Assembly: GCA_038736825.1 (NCBI GenBank) | Contig: JAVYME010000006.1 | Coordinates: forward strand, 1-32,000 | DNA: 32,000 bases | Reading direction: 5' to 3' | Source of the DNA: Candidatus Iainarchaeum sp. | GTDB lineage: Archaea > Iainarchaeota > Iainarchaeia > Iainarchaeales > DTGL01 | Shown here: piece after piece, positions 1 through 8,975 of the stretch | Numbering within the stretch: the first letter of the stretch is position 1 | Layout: every line of letters begins with the position of its first letter | The notes under the pieces: generated by a model | Databases searched by the model: none | What the model saw: only the letters and a program-made list of their open reading frames with translations | Told to the model about the DNA's origin: nothing | Translations under genes and position numbers: made by a program

Positions 1-267
1 TTTGTATCCTGTTCCTGTTGTGAGAGTGTAGTTTGGATCAGTGGTTGTTATTTGTTCTTGGGTTATGGGATTCCAGTATGTGAGACTTGTTGTAGAGCAA
101 TGCTGGTTGATTGTTGCAAGGGTTAGGTTTGCGTTTTCCAAGGGAATTGAAACATAGTTGTCGCCGTAAGCGAACAAGTTTATAGTGAAAGAGTCTGCTA
201 GTGTGTTTTGCATTAACAATAATGCCGAAATGGCGAGTGCTGTGAAAAGGCTTTTTTTTGTTCGCAT
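1..267 (-). CDS. Secreted surface protein, N-terminal fragment (gene runs off the left edge); tandem paralogue of 371..2398
   Basis: The minus-strand frame is open from ATG (267-265) to position 1, 89 codons: MRTKKSLFTALAISALLLMQNTLADSFTINLFAYGDNYVSIPLENANLTLATINQHCSTTSLTYWNPITQEQITTTDPNYTLTTGTGYK. The N-terminus looks like a signal peptide. nt 1-167 match 2135-2301 with a single mismatch. It is absent from the ORF track because it has no stop in the window. Track ORF 38..301 is a different frame. Confidence 0.75.
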   Translation of the reverse strand, partial: MRTKKSLFTALAISALLLMQNTLADSFTINLFAYGDNYVSIPLENANLTLATINQHCSTTSLTYWNPITQEQITTTDPNYTLTTGTGYK

Positions 268-289
268 TCGCAAATAATAGGCTGTTTTG

Positions 290-298
290 TTTAAAAAA
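290..298 (-). promoter_or_regulatory. TATA-like box (TTTTTTAAA on minus strand) for the left-edge paralogue
   Basis: It lies 22 nt upstream of the ATG at 267. The element at 2421-2429 has the same spacing and near-identical surrounding sequence (TTTTTTAA-CAAAAC...TATTATTTGC-AATG). This is consistent with a leaderless archaeal transcript. Confidence 0.45.
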
Positions 299-370
299 CA
301 TTGCTGGCTGACTGAATATTGCCGGCTTTGAAAGTTTTTTGCTTAAAATCTTTAGGGTTTTTTCTTGAAA

Positions 371-2398
371 TCAAGACCAGTCAATTGATTCCAGTGTTTT
401 TTCAAGGTGTTCTATTTCTTCCAGTATTGGCAGTTCTTTCTCTTCTTTTGAACTTGGTTGTTTTTTTTCTTTTTTTGTCTTTTTTTTCAATTCTTCCTTT
501 TTTTCATTTAGTTTTTTTTGCAGTTCTTCCCCTATTTTTTCTTTTAGCTTGACAGTCTCTTCTTCTATGTTCCTGACTTTTATTTCCTCTATCCTTTTCT
601 CCCTAAACTTGGCTCCAGGCTGGAGTTCTTCCCAGGAAGTAACCACGTGTGTTTCCTTTTTTTTGAGTTTTGCTTTTTGGATTTTTTTATAAATTTCCTT
701 TGAAGCAACTGTCACCAGTATTAATAAACCTATTGCTGGAAGGAAAAACGGGTGTTCATAGAACGGTCTCTTGTAAAAGGAGAGGGGAATGCTTTTTTCT
801 CCTGCAAGCCCGTCTTTTAGTTTTATTGTAAGATTTTGAGCTGGAGGGTTTATTGGATTTGAAAGAGTTGCCCTATAAAGGCCATTGCTTTCATTGAATT
901 CCAGAATAATTTCCTTTTTTTCGTCTCCTGCAAATATGTCTGCCATTATTTTTTTTTCTATTTTTTGTTCTTCTTGGCTTAAAACTTTTAAGATTATTTC
1001 GTTCAATCCAGTGTCTTCTGGAATTCGCATTCCCTGAACTGGCAAAACCATTTCAATTTGCACTTGAATTGTTTTTTTAAGTGCTTTTGCAGTGGTTTCC
1101 GCTGGTTTGGACAGGTTTCCTGCATTGTCTTCTGCTTGAAGGGTATAGGAATAGGTTTGCCCGCCTTCCAGTTTTGTGTCCGTGAATTTTGTTTCTATTG
1201 TTTCATTGATTTTTTTTCCGTTTCTGTTGATTATGTATCCTTTTATGCCACTTGTTTCGTCGGTTGCTTCTGTCCATTCTAATAATATTGCTTCTTCTTG
1301 TGGTGTTGCAGTGAATTTTTCTCCAAGCACTGGCGGTTCTGTGTCCAGTCCAGCCCAAGCGGTTTTTGGGAGCTCGCTATTGTAGGCTGAATCAGTGGAA
1401 TAAAATAGTAGGTTGTATTTTCCATCCTTTTTTATTTCTATTTTGTTTCCTTCCATCCAATTCCAGTAGCCAAGCCGGTAATAAGTTTTCACGCATTGGG
1501 CTTCTGTTGAAATGCATTCCAGTTCAACTGTGAATGGCTGGTTGAACCATTGCCCTGTGTTTTTGGCTTTGGTTTCAATTGGAAGAATAGTGCTTGGTTT
1601 TTTTGGTGTTTCAATAGGAGTGATTGTTGGCTCAGGCGTTGGGGTTGGAGTGGGAATTGGCGTTGGTGTTGGTGTCGTGGTTGTTGTAGGGGTGGTTTTT
1701 GGTGTTGGTGTGATTGTTGGTGTTGGGGTTGGTGTTGGAATGATAGTTGGTGTTGTGGTTGGCGTTGGTGTTGGCGGTTGAGTTGGTGTTTGGGTTGGCG
1801 TGGTGGGGGTTGTTGGTGTGATTGTTGGTGTTGGGGTTGGTGTTTGGGATGGTGGTGTTTCTGGCAAGGATAATGTGCAATTTAGTGGAGTTGAAATAAA
1901 ATAGGATTTTCCTGGTTCTAGTTCTCTGGTTGTGATTGTTCGCAGGTATCCTTGGCTGTAATCGTAGTGTATTATGGTTAGGTTTTCTGGGTTGCAGGTT
2001 CCTTTTATGTTGTTTATGTTGGTTGTTTGGCTTGGTGCTGCTGTCAGGTTTTGTTTGGTGTTGTATAGGTTTGTTTGCTGGAATTGTGTTGGGTTGCCGT
2101 TTATTTGGATTGTGCAGTCTTTTCCTGGAATGATTTTGTATCCTGTTCCTGTTGTGAGAGTGTAGTTTGGATCAGTGGTTGTTATTTGTTCTTGGGTTAT
2201 GGGATTCCAGTATGTGAGACTTGTTGTAGAGCAATGCTGGTTGATTGTTGCAAGAGTTAGGTTTGCGTTTTCCAAGGGAATTGAAACATAGTTGTCGCCG
2301 TCCGCTTCAAGGGATATTGTGAAAGAATCAGCTAGAGCGGTTTGAATTAATAAGAGTGTTGAAAAAGCAATTATTGCATGAAGGGTTTTGGGTGTCAT
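371..2398 (-). CDS. Secreted, membrane-anchored surface protein (signal peptide, beta-rich N-domain, Pro/Thr linker, FN3 domain, TM helix, Lys/Glu-rich coiled-coil tail)
   Basis: Track ORF 371..2404 starts at TTG. The in-frame ATG at 2398 gives MTPKTLHAIIAFSTLLLIQTALA (signal peptide). A PT-rich linker of about 85 aa follows. The FN3-like signature is LLEWTEATDETSGIKGYIINRNGK...YSYTLQAEDNAGNLS. The TM segment is FFLPAIGLLILVTVA, followed by a KE-rich tail of about 130 aa. Confidence 0.9.
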   Translation of the reverse strand: MTPKTLHAIIAFSTLLLIQTALADSFTISLEADGDNYVSIPLENANLTLATINQHCSTTSLTYWNPITQEQITTTDPNYTLTTGTGYKIIPGKDCTIQINGNPTQFQQTNLYNTKQNLTAAPSQTTNINNIKGTCNPENLTIIHYDYSQGYLRTITTRELEPGKSYFISTPLNCTLSLPETPPSQTPTPTPTITPTTPTTPTQTPTQPPTPTPTTTPTIIPTPTPTPTITPTPKTTPTTTTTPTPTPIPTPTPTPEPTITPIETPKKPSTILPIETKAKNTGQWFNQPFTVELECISTEAQCVKTYYRLGYWNWMEGNKIEIKKDGKYNLLFYSTDSAYNSELPKTAWAGLDTEPPVLGEKFTATPQEEAILLEWTEATDETSGIKGYIINRNGKKINETIETKFTDTKLEGGQTYSYTLQAEDNAGNLSKPAETTAKALKKTIQVQIEMVLPVQGMRIPEDTGLNEIILKVLSQEEQKIEKKIMADIFAGDEKKEIILEFNESNGLYRATLSNPINPPAQNLTIKLKDGLAGEKSIPLSFYKRPFYEHPFFLPAIGLLILVTVASKEIYKKIQKAKLKKKETHVVTSWEELQPGAKFREKRIEEIKVRNIEEETVKLKEKIGEELQKKLNEKKEELKKKTKKEKKQPSSKEEKELPILEEIEHLEKTLESIDWS
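1612..1862 (-). repeat. Pro/Thr-linker coding low-complexity tract (plus strand reads as degenerate GGTGTTGG repeats)
   Basis: Degenerate (ggtgttgg / ggtgtggg / ggttgg) units are visible on the plus strand and encode PTPTPT-type linker on the minus strand. Similar tracts occur at about 9921-10014, 10133-10241, 20105-20225 and 20350-20420. They generate the spurious G/V/W-rich and N/T/H-rich ORFs in the track. Confidence 0.9.
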
Positions 2399-2420
2399 TT
2401 GCAAATAATACTGTGTTTTG

Positions 2421-2429
2421 ATTAAAAAA
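2421..2429 (-). promoter_or_regulatory. TATA-like box (TTTTTTAAT on minus strand) for 371..2398
   Basis: It lies 22 nt upstream of the ATG at 2398 and is paralogous to 290-298. Confidence 0.45.
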
Positions 2430-2459
2430 GATTGCGGAATGCTTTAATTGCCAAAAACA

Positions 2460-3104
2460 TTATAGTGGGCGTCTTGTCCTTTTTATGAGACTTTTCGGTG
2501 TTGCTTTTCTTTGAGCTGTTGCAAGCCTTGCCTGCCTTGCTGGTCTTTCAATTGCTCTGCGTTGCAGCATTTCAGCTCTATATTGCTCGCGTTGTTTTGC
2601 TCTCTCAGCTATGGCTTGCGCCAGTCTTGGTTCTGCCCGGATTTTTCCCAAGACAAAGCCTTGCCTTCCAACGCCAAAGCCTTGTCTTGAACGGTTTGCG
2701 ATTTCCTCTTTAGAAGGCTGCCTTAAAACCACATCACCAGTCCTTGTAATTGAAACAACTGGATGGGTTTTTGCAATGTTTGCCGGGTTTGTCCATCCCG
2801 GCGGAAACATTCCTGCAAACTGTGGCTGGAAAAAACCTGTTCGCTCCATTGCCTCAACAGCCCTTCTAAGACGCCTTTTCTCCATTCGGTAAAACCTTAG
2901 TGTTCTGGCTGCCTTGCCTTCGATTGCAATATTGCCCACAAACCGGTTTAGGGCTTGCGCTTGCCTTACCTGTCGCAAACTCCACTCTTTTGCTGGCTTT
3001 GATTCGAAACTGCCTTTAAATGTTCCTATAATCTTTTGCGCTTCAATTGGAAGAAATGCAAAAGGAATCCTGATTTTTTCAGGAATTTTTTCAGGTTGAG
3101 CCAT
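2460..3104 (-). CDS. Hypothetical Arg-rich basic protein (214 aa), no signal peptide or TM
   Basis: Complete ATG-started ORF. TTTTTAAAAA lies about 30 nt upstream of the ATG. The C-terminal third is strongly basic and helical (AERAKQREQYRAEMLQRRAIERPARQARLATAQRKATPKSLIKRTRRPL). I recognise no family. Confidence 0.7.
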   Translation of the reverse strand: MAQPEKIPEKIRIPFAFLPIEAQKIIGTFKGSFESKPAKEWSLRQVRQAQALNRFVGNIAIEGKAARTLRFYRMEKRRLRRAVEAMERTGFFQPQFAGMFPPGWTNPANIAKTHPVVSITRTGDVVLRQPSKEEIANRSRQGFGVGRQGFVLGKIRAEPRLAQAIAERAKQREQYRAEMLQRRAIERPARQARLATAQRKATPKSLIKRTRRPL

Positions 3105-3168
3105 AAAAAACCTATTCCGTGATTGTTTTTAAAAAATGACCTTTTTTTGCTTTAAAAAAGCGTTCAGC

Positions 3169-6100
3169 CTAATCTGCTTGTATGCCTCCAAAAAGCGTGA
3201 CAGGATTCCATGAAAAGTCAGTTCCATTTTCTTTTGTGTTAGCGCAAATTTTTTCTGATTCCACTCCTTCTGCAATTTCCTTTAAGGTTAACGGTTTTAA
3301 TTGTTCTGGCACAAGTTCGATTGGCTGTCTACGGAGATTGTAACTTGCCCCACCCCACTTTCTTTCAGTAATGGGTTTGCCGGCAGAATCCATGTAGGCT
3401 TGTAGGTTGAAAATTTCCTTTGAATTGCATTCCAAGACAATTTTTGTGTCAGGTGGCAGGAAAGCTATTGTTGCCAAGAGAGGCAACTCCACTACATTTC
3501 CTGAGGGCAAAGCCTTTCCTGTGACATCCCAGTAATCGATTATTGACTTGGTTGGCACTTCAAGCTTTGCTGCAACCGTTTTATAGGGAACTCCCAAGCA
3601 GTCAGTAATCTGTTCTGAAACCGTGTCCCCCAACATGTTTGCCTGGAAATCCCAAAAAGTGAAAATGCCTTTTTTTGTTCCATAATCTTCAAGCGAGAAT
3701 TTCTCTGAGGTGCTGTTTTTTGCAAGAGCGTAATAGATTTTTGCAATTTTTCTTGGTTCACCCTCTGCTGGCAGATACGGAGCAGCCAGAAAACCAATCC
3801 TTACAGGAATTGAATGTTTTAAAGTCATTTCAAATTCTTTTCCGTCACCTGAAACACTGAAGACAGAGCCCTCGCGTATGTCATCAATTGCTTTGGAATA
3901 AGCAAATCTGACTCTTGCAATGTTGTCATTGTCAGGGCCTTTTCCCGGCCTAACACGGTTTTTTTCCATGTTGTATTCATAGAAAATCTGGCTTGTTTTT
4001 ATTTCTGGAATTTGGTTTGTGTAATAGATTTTTGCTTCAGGGTATTGCGGGAATTCTATTCTGGCGCCATATCCTTGCCTGCCGTTTTCCAAGCCGAGTT
4101 CGCCGTCAAATGGAATGAACAGGAAGGGGTTTGATTTGTCGGAAAGCTTTTCGCTTAATTCAATGTAGTGGCTTGCTGCAGGAATTTCTATGCGGTCCTT
4201 GCTGTGAATGTTGAATGGGAAACCTGTTTTAAGCTTGTATTTTCCTGTTTCAAAGCGGTTGCCTTCCTTTAAGATTACATTCCAGTTTTCTGGATTTATT
4301 CTTGCATCGCTTAACTGGCTTGCAAAAAATTCCTTGAAGTCTTTTTTGAAGTCTTCGCTTATTGCGTCTGAAACAAGTTTTATTTCAATGCTGCTTGCCA
4401 ATGGTTCAGCCCAAAGCCAGCCATTCATTGCAATCGAATTTTTTTTAACAAATTCTATTTCTTTTTCTTCAAGTTTTGTTTCCGGTGAAAGCCCAAATTG
4501 AAGGAAGGAGTGTTTTTCAAAAAACGAGAAAAAGTTGCGCACTTCCTCTTCAGAAATCTTGAACCTTTGCATTGCAATTTCAAAATAGCAGTTGCCTGAG
4601 GCAAGATTGCAGTTCCGGCTTTGCTCGGCAATCCATTCCTGGTTTTCAAGGAAAACTGGAAGCGATAAAAGCCTTGCTCCCCCGTTTTTTGCAAAGTCTC
4701 CAGCATGCCAGCTGCCTCTTGAAACATAAAAGTCTTCTGTAAACCTTGCTTCCATTGCAGTCTGTTTCATTCCAGCCAAAATTTCCAGTTTTTTCAAGAG
4801 TGCGCTTTCCCCTTTTTTCCATTCAGTGTATTTTGCGCTTGCAGTATCACAAGGACTTGAATAGTCAACGTATATGTTTTCAAGACCGTATTGTTCTCCA
4901 AAGCATTTTTTGACAGATGCTTCCAGCACAGAGAGTGCAGTGCTTTCTTGGACTCTTTCAGTGCTGCCAATTGGTTGTCCTTGGAGGGCTTTTTGTCTTG
5001 CAGCTTGCAGGAATTCAATCCAGTCCCTGTCCAGAGTGCAATTCGGGTTTTCGAATTCTTTTCGGCTTCTTGCTGGCTTTTCTCCCGAAAATTCTAGGCA
5101 GTTTTTCCAGTCTGCTTCCATCCATTTTGCTTGAATTTCTATTCCGGCTTTCACTGAAGGGGGATCGCTCTCTTTTGGTTTTATCACTGGAATGCCTGTT
5201 TTGTCAGTCGGATAAGGGTATTTTTTTTGAAGCCAGTTTTTCCAGCCTGCCTTTTCAGTGGAATAAAACACCAGTTTGTTGTTATCAGAGGCTGCTGGCA
5301 GGACTATGAATTCCTTTCTTGAAAGATCCAAAAAGGTTTGTTCATGGGTTCTTTTTTCATTGGCAATGGAGTCATAAAAAAACTGTTTTTCTTTTTCGCT
5401 CATTTCAGCAAGGCTTTTTTCAGCAATTGCCTGCATTTCGGCAAAGAAAATGTAAAGTTGTGCTGCATCACAGTATTTTTCAGTGCAGTCCACTACCCTT
5501 TTGCTCTCGTTTTCAGCGCGAAGGTTCATTGCCCACAACCAATTCCTTTGTTCAACGAATTCCGGTGCACCTTCACCGGTTTTTTCGCATTGGCAGTTCA
5601 ATCCAGTGCCCTTTTTTTCTACAAGCGATGGACGATAATTGAGTGGAAGGAAGTCAACACTTTTCCCGCCCTTTCTGTCGTATACTGTCAGTTTGAGGAA
5701 TTGCTCTCCCTCGTTGGGGCCAAGCCACTTGTAAGGCGTGAAATCCTCAACTAGAACCCCAATGGCTGGAGTGCGGCTTTCCTTTACAAGATTCCATTGG
5801 ATTGTCCTATCGTTTTCAAGCGTGAAAGCTTGCACTGGAAAATAATAGTCTTGCGAAGCATTTGCAGTCTCATAGCTTAAGGCAAACCTGACCAGCAAGC
5901 TAATACTGGCTGTTGCAAGTTGTGAGCTGATTCCTAAAACGTCTCTGAACACATAGTTAAGTGCCTCTTTCCACGGGCTTTGAGCAGTATCCCAAGCAAT
6001 CCTGACAGCTTTTGCTATTTGCCCGATGGGTAATTTGCCAGCAGGAGTGCCTACAAAGACATGCTCTCCAATAGTCCCGCTTAGGAAGGACAGCACCCAG

Positions 6101-7992
6101 CTAACACCGTTCTGCCAGGTGAAAAATTTGATATCAACTCCTCTTGAATCTGTCCCAAAAACCTTTAATTGTCCAACTTCCACAGTATATTTTTCAAAAT
6201 CCCTTCCATACGCAATGCCTTTTATTTGATAAAAAGAAGTGCTTAACTCGTTGCCTTTCGTTCCAATCGGTTCAAGCAAGGCAACCGGTGGAGCGTTTGC
6301 AAGAGACAATGCTTTCTTTGCATTAATGAGTCCAAAGCCTTGAGCGGAAAAAGGAAGCTTTTTGTCCATGGCTGTATTCCTTATAGCCATTTTTATTTCA
6401 AGAGCCGACCAGTCTGGATTTTTTTCCTTTAAAAGCGCGGCAAGCCCTGAAACATATGCTGCGGAAACCGAAGTGCCGCTAACCGAATTATATCCTGGAA
6501 TGCTGCAAGCGCTTTCACCTGAAAAGATTGCGCTTGCCTGCCCGCACTCCAAAACACTAGCAGTCAAAGGCTTTGCAGCGCATTCACTGAATCCAGGCGC
6601 AATAACATCCGGTTTCATGATCACGCCTTCTTCCCATGAAACAATTCCAGTGCCTGAACCAGACATCAAAAAATCCGAACCGCCACAGTAAATCCCAGGG
6701 GTTTTTTTGGATCTATCGCTTCCACCGTAAGCTCCAACAGTTATTGCCTTTAATGAATTTCCGGGAGCACCAATTGAATTCGGAATTGTGTTTACCCTAT
6801 AATCTGGGTTATAAGGCCACAATTCAAGTGGACTGCTTTCAGCCTTTAAACCGTTGTTTCCAGCTGAAACCACTACTACAGAGCCTGCTTCCACTGCGCT
6901 GTCCACTGCCTTTGAAAGAGCTCCATAATGCTCTCCGTTTTTCGTGCTGTTCATGCTAATGTTTATAACATCAGCTCTATTGCCAAACTTGCACTCCATT
7001 GCGCTGTCTTTGCACAAATCTTGTGGGTCTATTGCACGCTTTAGTGCCTGAATTAAGTCGCTTTCAAAAGAGCCAGCTAGAAAACTCTCTTCACTCTTGC
7101 AATTCCAAGCTCTCAACGGAATGATTTCAGCTTCAGGGGCAACACCCCAAACTTCACCTTCATCCAATTTGTTGTTAAGGTTTGGGTCTTGTTTGGCTGT
7201 TGCAATTCCAGCAATTGCTGTTCCATGCCCAACCAAGTCCAGTGGTTGTTCAGTGGATCTAGGAAAGCTCATTATTGCAGTTCCAAGGCCACAACCCGGC
7301 GTGGTTTCTTTTAGTGCTTCAGAGCGAGTGCATCCGTCAACACCAGTTGTTATTTTTTTGCAGTTTCCTTTTTCGAATTCTTCGCTTGAGCATGATCCAA
7401 AGGCTGGGTGCGAGAAGTCTATGCCTGTGTCTATGAATGCTATTTTGACTCCTTTTCCCGTGTAAAAGCTAAGGGGTATTTGTATTCCTATATCTTCTAG
7501 TTGCACACAGCTTGGGCATTGAGTTGCGCTTGCTTGGATTATTGTGTTTGGGTAAACTGCTTGCACTTCTGGGAGTTGAGAGATTTTTGTTGCCTCTTCT
7601 TCTGATATTTTTATCGCTATTCCGTTGAACAAGATAGAGAATTTTGCGAAAATTTTTGAATTGCATTCTGTTGCAGTCAAGCCCAGCGTTGAACAGATTT
7701 TTTGAATTCCTTTTGTTTGTGCGTCGGATTCAATTCCGGTTCTTGCTGCAAGGCTCATTCCCCTTAATTCTATTCCTGTTTGTGCTAGCGCGCTTGATAG
7801 TGCACTCAGCACTGTGCTTGTTCCACCATGCCTTGCTGTTTGGCTTTGAAATCCAGTGATTGTTGTGTCAAGTGTAAGGTTGTATGCGGTGATTGTGCCG
7901 CTTTCCTTGAATTCCACTATCCAGCCGTTTTGCTCGGCAAAAGCCTGCGACAAGACTAGCAAAAAAAGCATGGCAAAGCAAGTTTTTTTCAT
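3169..7992 (-). CDS. Secreted subtilisin-like serine protease (peptidase S8) with ~1000-aa uncharacterised C-terminal extension
   Basis: Track ORF 3169..8001 starts at GTG. The ATG at 7992 gives MKKTCFAMLFLLVLSQAFA (signal peptide). Catalytic motifs in track numbering: Asp IAFIDTGID (D191), His VGHGTAIAG (H259), oxyanion SAGNNG (N382), Ser SGTSVSAAYVSG (S511). The S8 domain ends near aa 570. The remaining ~1040 aa have no motif I recognise and no C-terminal TM. Confidence 0.93.
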   Translation of the reverse strand: MKKTCFAMLFLLVLSQAFAEQNGWIVEFKESGTITAYNLTLDTTITGFQSQTARHGGTSTVLSALSSALAQTGIELRGMSLAARTGIESDAQTKGIQKICSTLGLTATECNSKIFAKFSILFNGIAIKISEEEATKISQLPEVQAVYPNTIIQASATQCPSCVQLEDIGIQIPLSFYTGKGVKIAFIDTGIDFSHPAFGSCSSEEFEKGNCKKITTGVDGCTRSEALKETTPGCGLGTAIMSFPRSTEQPLDLVGHGTAIAGIATAKQDPNLNNKLDEGEVWGVAPEAEIIPLRAWNCKSEESFLAGSFESDLIQALKRAIDPQDLCKDSAMECKFGNRADVINISMNSTKNGEHYGALSKAVDSAVEAGSVVVVSAGNNGLKAESSPLELWPYNPDYRVNTIPNSIGAPGNSLKAITVGAYGGSDRSKKTPGIYCGGSDFLMSGSGTGIVSWEEGVIMKPDVIAPGFSECAAKPLTASVLECGQASAIFSGESACSIPGYNSVSGTSVSAAYVSGLAALLKEKNPDWSALEIKMAIRNTAMDKKLPFSAQGFGLINAKKALSLANAPPVALLEPIGTKGNELSTSFYQIKGIAYGRDFEKYTVEVGQLKVFGTDSRGVDIKFFTWQNGVSWVLSFLSGTIGEHVFVGTPAGKLPIGQIAKAVRIAWDTAQSPWKEALNYVFRDVLGISSQLATASISLLVRFALSYETANASQDYYFPVQAFTLENDRTIQWNLVKESRTPAIGVLVEDFTPYKWLGPNEGEQFLKLTVYDRKGGKSVDFLPLNYRPSLVEKKGTGLNCQCEKTGEGAPEFVEQRNWLWAMNLRAENESKRVVDCTEKYCDAAQLYIFFAEMQAIAEKSLAEMSEKEKQFFYDSIANEKRTHEQTFLDLSRKEFIVLPAASDNNKLVFYSTEKAGWKNWLQKKYPYPTDKTGIPVIKPKESDPPSVKAGIEIQAKWMEADWKNCLEFSGEKPARSRKEFENPNCTLDRDWIEFLQAARQKALQGQPIGSTERVQESTALSVLEASVKKCFGEQYGLENIYVDYSSPCDTASAKYTEWKKGESALLKKLEILAGMKQTAMEARFTEDFYVSRGSWHAGDFAKNGGARLLSLPVFLENQEWIAEQSRNCNLASGNCYFEIAMQRFKISEEEVRNFFSFFEKHSFLQFGLSPETKLEEKEIEFVKKNSIAMNGWLWAEPLASSIEIKLVSDAISEDFKKDFKEFFASQLSDARINPENWNVILKEGNRFETGKYKLKTGFPFNIHSKDRIEIPAASHYIELSEKLSDKSNPFLFIPFDGELGLENGRQGYGARIEFPQYPEAKIYYTNQIPEIKTSQIFYEYNMEKNRVRPGKGPDNDNIARVRFAYSKAIDDIREGSVFSVSGDGKEFEMTLKHSIPVRIGFLAAPYLPAEGEPRKIAKIYYALAKNSTSEKFSLEDYGTKKGIFTFWDFQANMLGDTVSEQITDCLGVPYKTVAAKLEVPTKSIIDYWDVTGKALPSGNVVELPLLATIAFLPPDTKIVLECNSKEIFNLQAYMDSAGKPITERKWGGASYNLRRQPIELVPEQLKPLTLKEIAEGVESEKICANTKENGTDFSWNPVTLFGGIQAD

Positions 7993-7994
7993 TT

Positions 7995-8681
7995 TCAGCA
8001 CTTTTCCTTAAAGTATTTTATTGAGTTTTCCAAGAGCGCTATTTCTTCTTCTGCGTTTTTCCAGGGAAATTCCTCGCTTTTAAGGGAAATTGTTTCAGCT
8101 TCTGCTGGAAATTTTTCAATGAACTGTTTTGTTTTTTCATAAAACGCTTTAGCGGTTGCAGTCATTTTTTTTGCTGCCAACAAGAGTTTTTCGTATTCCA
8201 TGAATGTTTCACAGGTTGGTTTTTCATGCAATGTTTTTGCTTTTGCAAGCATTGTTTCATGCTCTTTTTTTGCAATTGCAAATTCAACAATTTCCAAATA
8301 AGCGCTTGCAAGCAAGGCAATTTTTTCATCTTTAACGGTTTTTTGTTTTTCCAGTGATTCAATTATTTGCCGGAGTTCCAAAGCATTCTTTTTTTCAAGC
8401 TCTGAAAATGCCTCGTGAAGCCTTTCAGCGCTCACTCCGTTTGCTTTCCAGGCTTGAGCCAAATCCGAGTATTTTTCAAGAAAGGCTTTTTCTTTTGAGG
8501 TTGGCGTTGGAGTTTCAATTCGTGGAAGTGTTTCCGTCGGGCTTTTGAATAAGATTAGTGCAGTCAAAAAAATTGCAAGTGCAATGCAAACTGCTATAAC
8601 AGCAATGCTCAAAGGTTTTAGTTTCCTTTTGCCCTTGGTGGTGAAAAGGAATGCCTTTGCTTCAGCAAAAGAGAAATTCAT
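7995..8681 (-). CDS. N-terminally membrane-anchored all-helical protein, tightly linked upstream partner of the protease
   Basis: ATG start with TATAAATA about 29 nt upstream. The TM segment is LSIAVIAVCIALAIFLTALILF. The rest is K/E/A-rich helical sequence. Its stop TGA (7997-7995) is 2 nt from the protease ATG (7992). Confidence 0.8.
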   Translation of the reverse strand: MNFSFAEAKAFLFTTKGKRKLKPLSIAVIAVCIALAIFLTALILFKSPTETLPRIETPTPTSKEKAFLEKYSDLAQAWKANGVSAERLHEAFSELEKKNALELRQIIESLEKQKTVKDEKIALLASAYLEIVEFAIAKKEHETMLAKAKTLHEKPTCETFMEYEKLLLAAKKMTATAKAFYEKTKQFIEKFPAEAETISLKSEEFPWKNAEEEIALLENSIKYFKEKC

Positions 8682-8975
8682 GTAATTGTTAAGTGTTGAA
8701 AGAAGTATTTATACTTGATGGTGGCTGTTGCCCTCTGGCTGAAAAAACTACCCTGGATAAAAGCTTTTAATCCATGGCGGTTTTTGCGGTTCTTCGCCTT
8801 TTGAAAGCATTTCCTTCCATTAACCAAGAAATGAAGTTATTGCTTGCATTTCTTGTAAATTTAAACCGGTCCGGCTGGCTTTCACTTAACCAGTAAGGAA
8901 ATTTTTCCTTTTTTTTTAATTCTTTTTTTCAAAAAAACCGGGATTGTCCTGAAGGACTGTTAATTGCCTGCGTGT

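Noticed and set aside
38-301. Track ORF 38..301 (-), 87 aa
   Set aside because: It is the wrong frame. The frame starting at ATG 267 reproduces the N-terminal domain of the neighbouring paralogue almost residue for residue, whereas this ORF gives a low-complexity sequence with no homology to it.
1512-1880. G/V/W-rich and N/T/H-rich ORFs over the repeat tracts (also 9650..10582, 10067..10404, 20020..20505), and the idea that the periodic repeats are a CRISPR-like array
   Set aside because: The units are 6-9 nt degenerate codon repeats with no spacers. They lie inside long ORFs that carry signal peptides and PKD/FN3 motifs on the other frame or strand. The alternative-frame ORFs are by-products of the Pro/Thr codon repeats.
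1-2301. The 167-nt near-identical pair (1-167 / 2135-2301) as a diversity-generating retroelement template/variable repeat pair
   Set aside because: There is only one mismatch and it is not an adenine-specific pattern. Both copies are in-frame N-terminal coding parts of tandem paralogues. No reverse transcriptase or accessory gene is in the window. A tandem duplication with gene conversion explains it better.
2460-3104. The Arg-rich 214-aa gene as a GC-rich horizontally acquired island
   Set aside because: Hand counts of a few 60-nt blocks gave about 40-55% GC. This is similar to blocks of the adjacent protease gene (about 50%). The apparent contrast is only with the Lys-rich tail of the neighbouring gene (about 32%). 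There is no flanking repeat or mobility gene.
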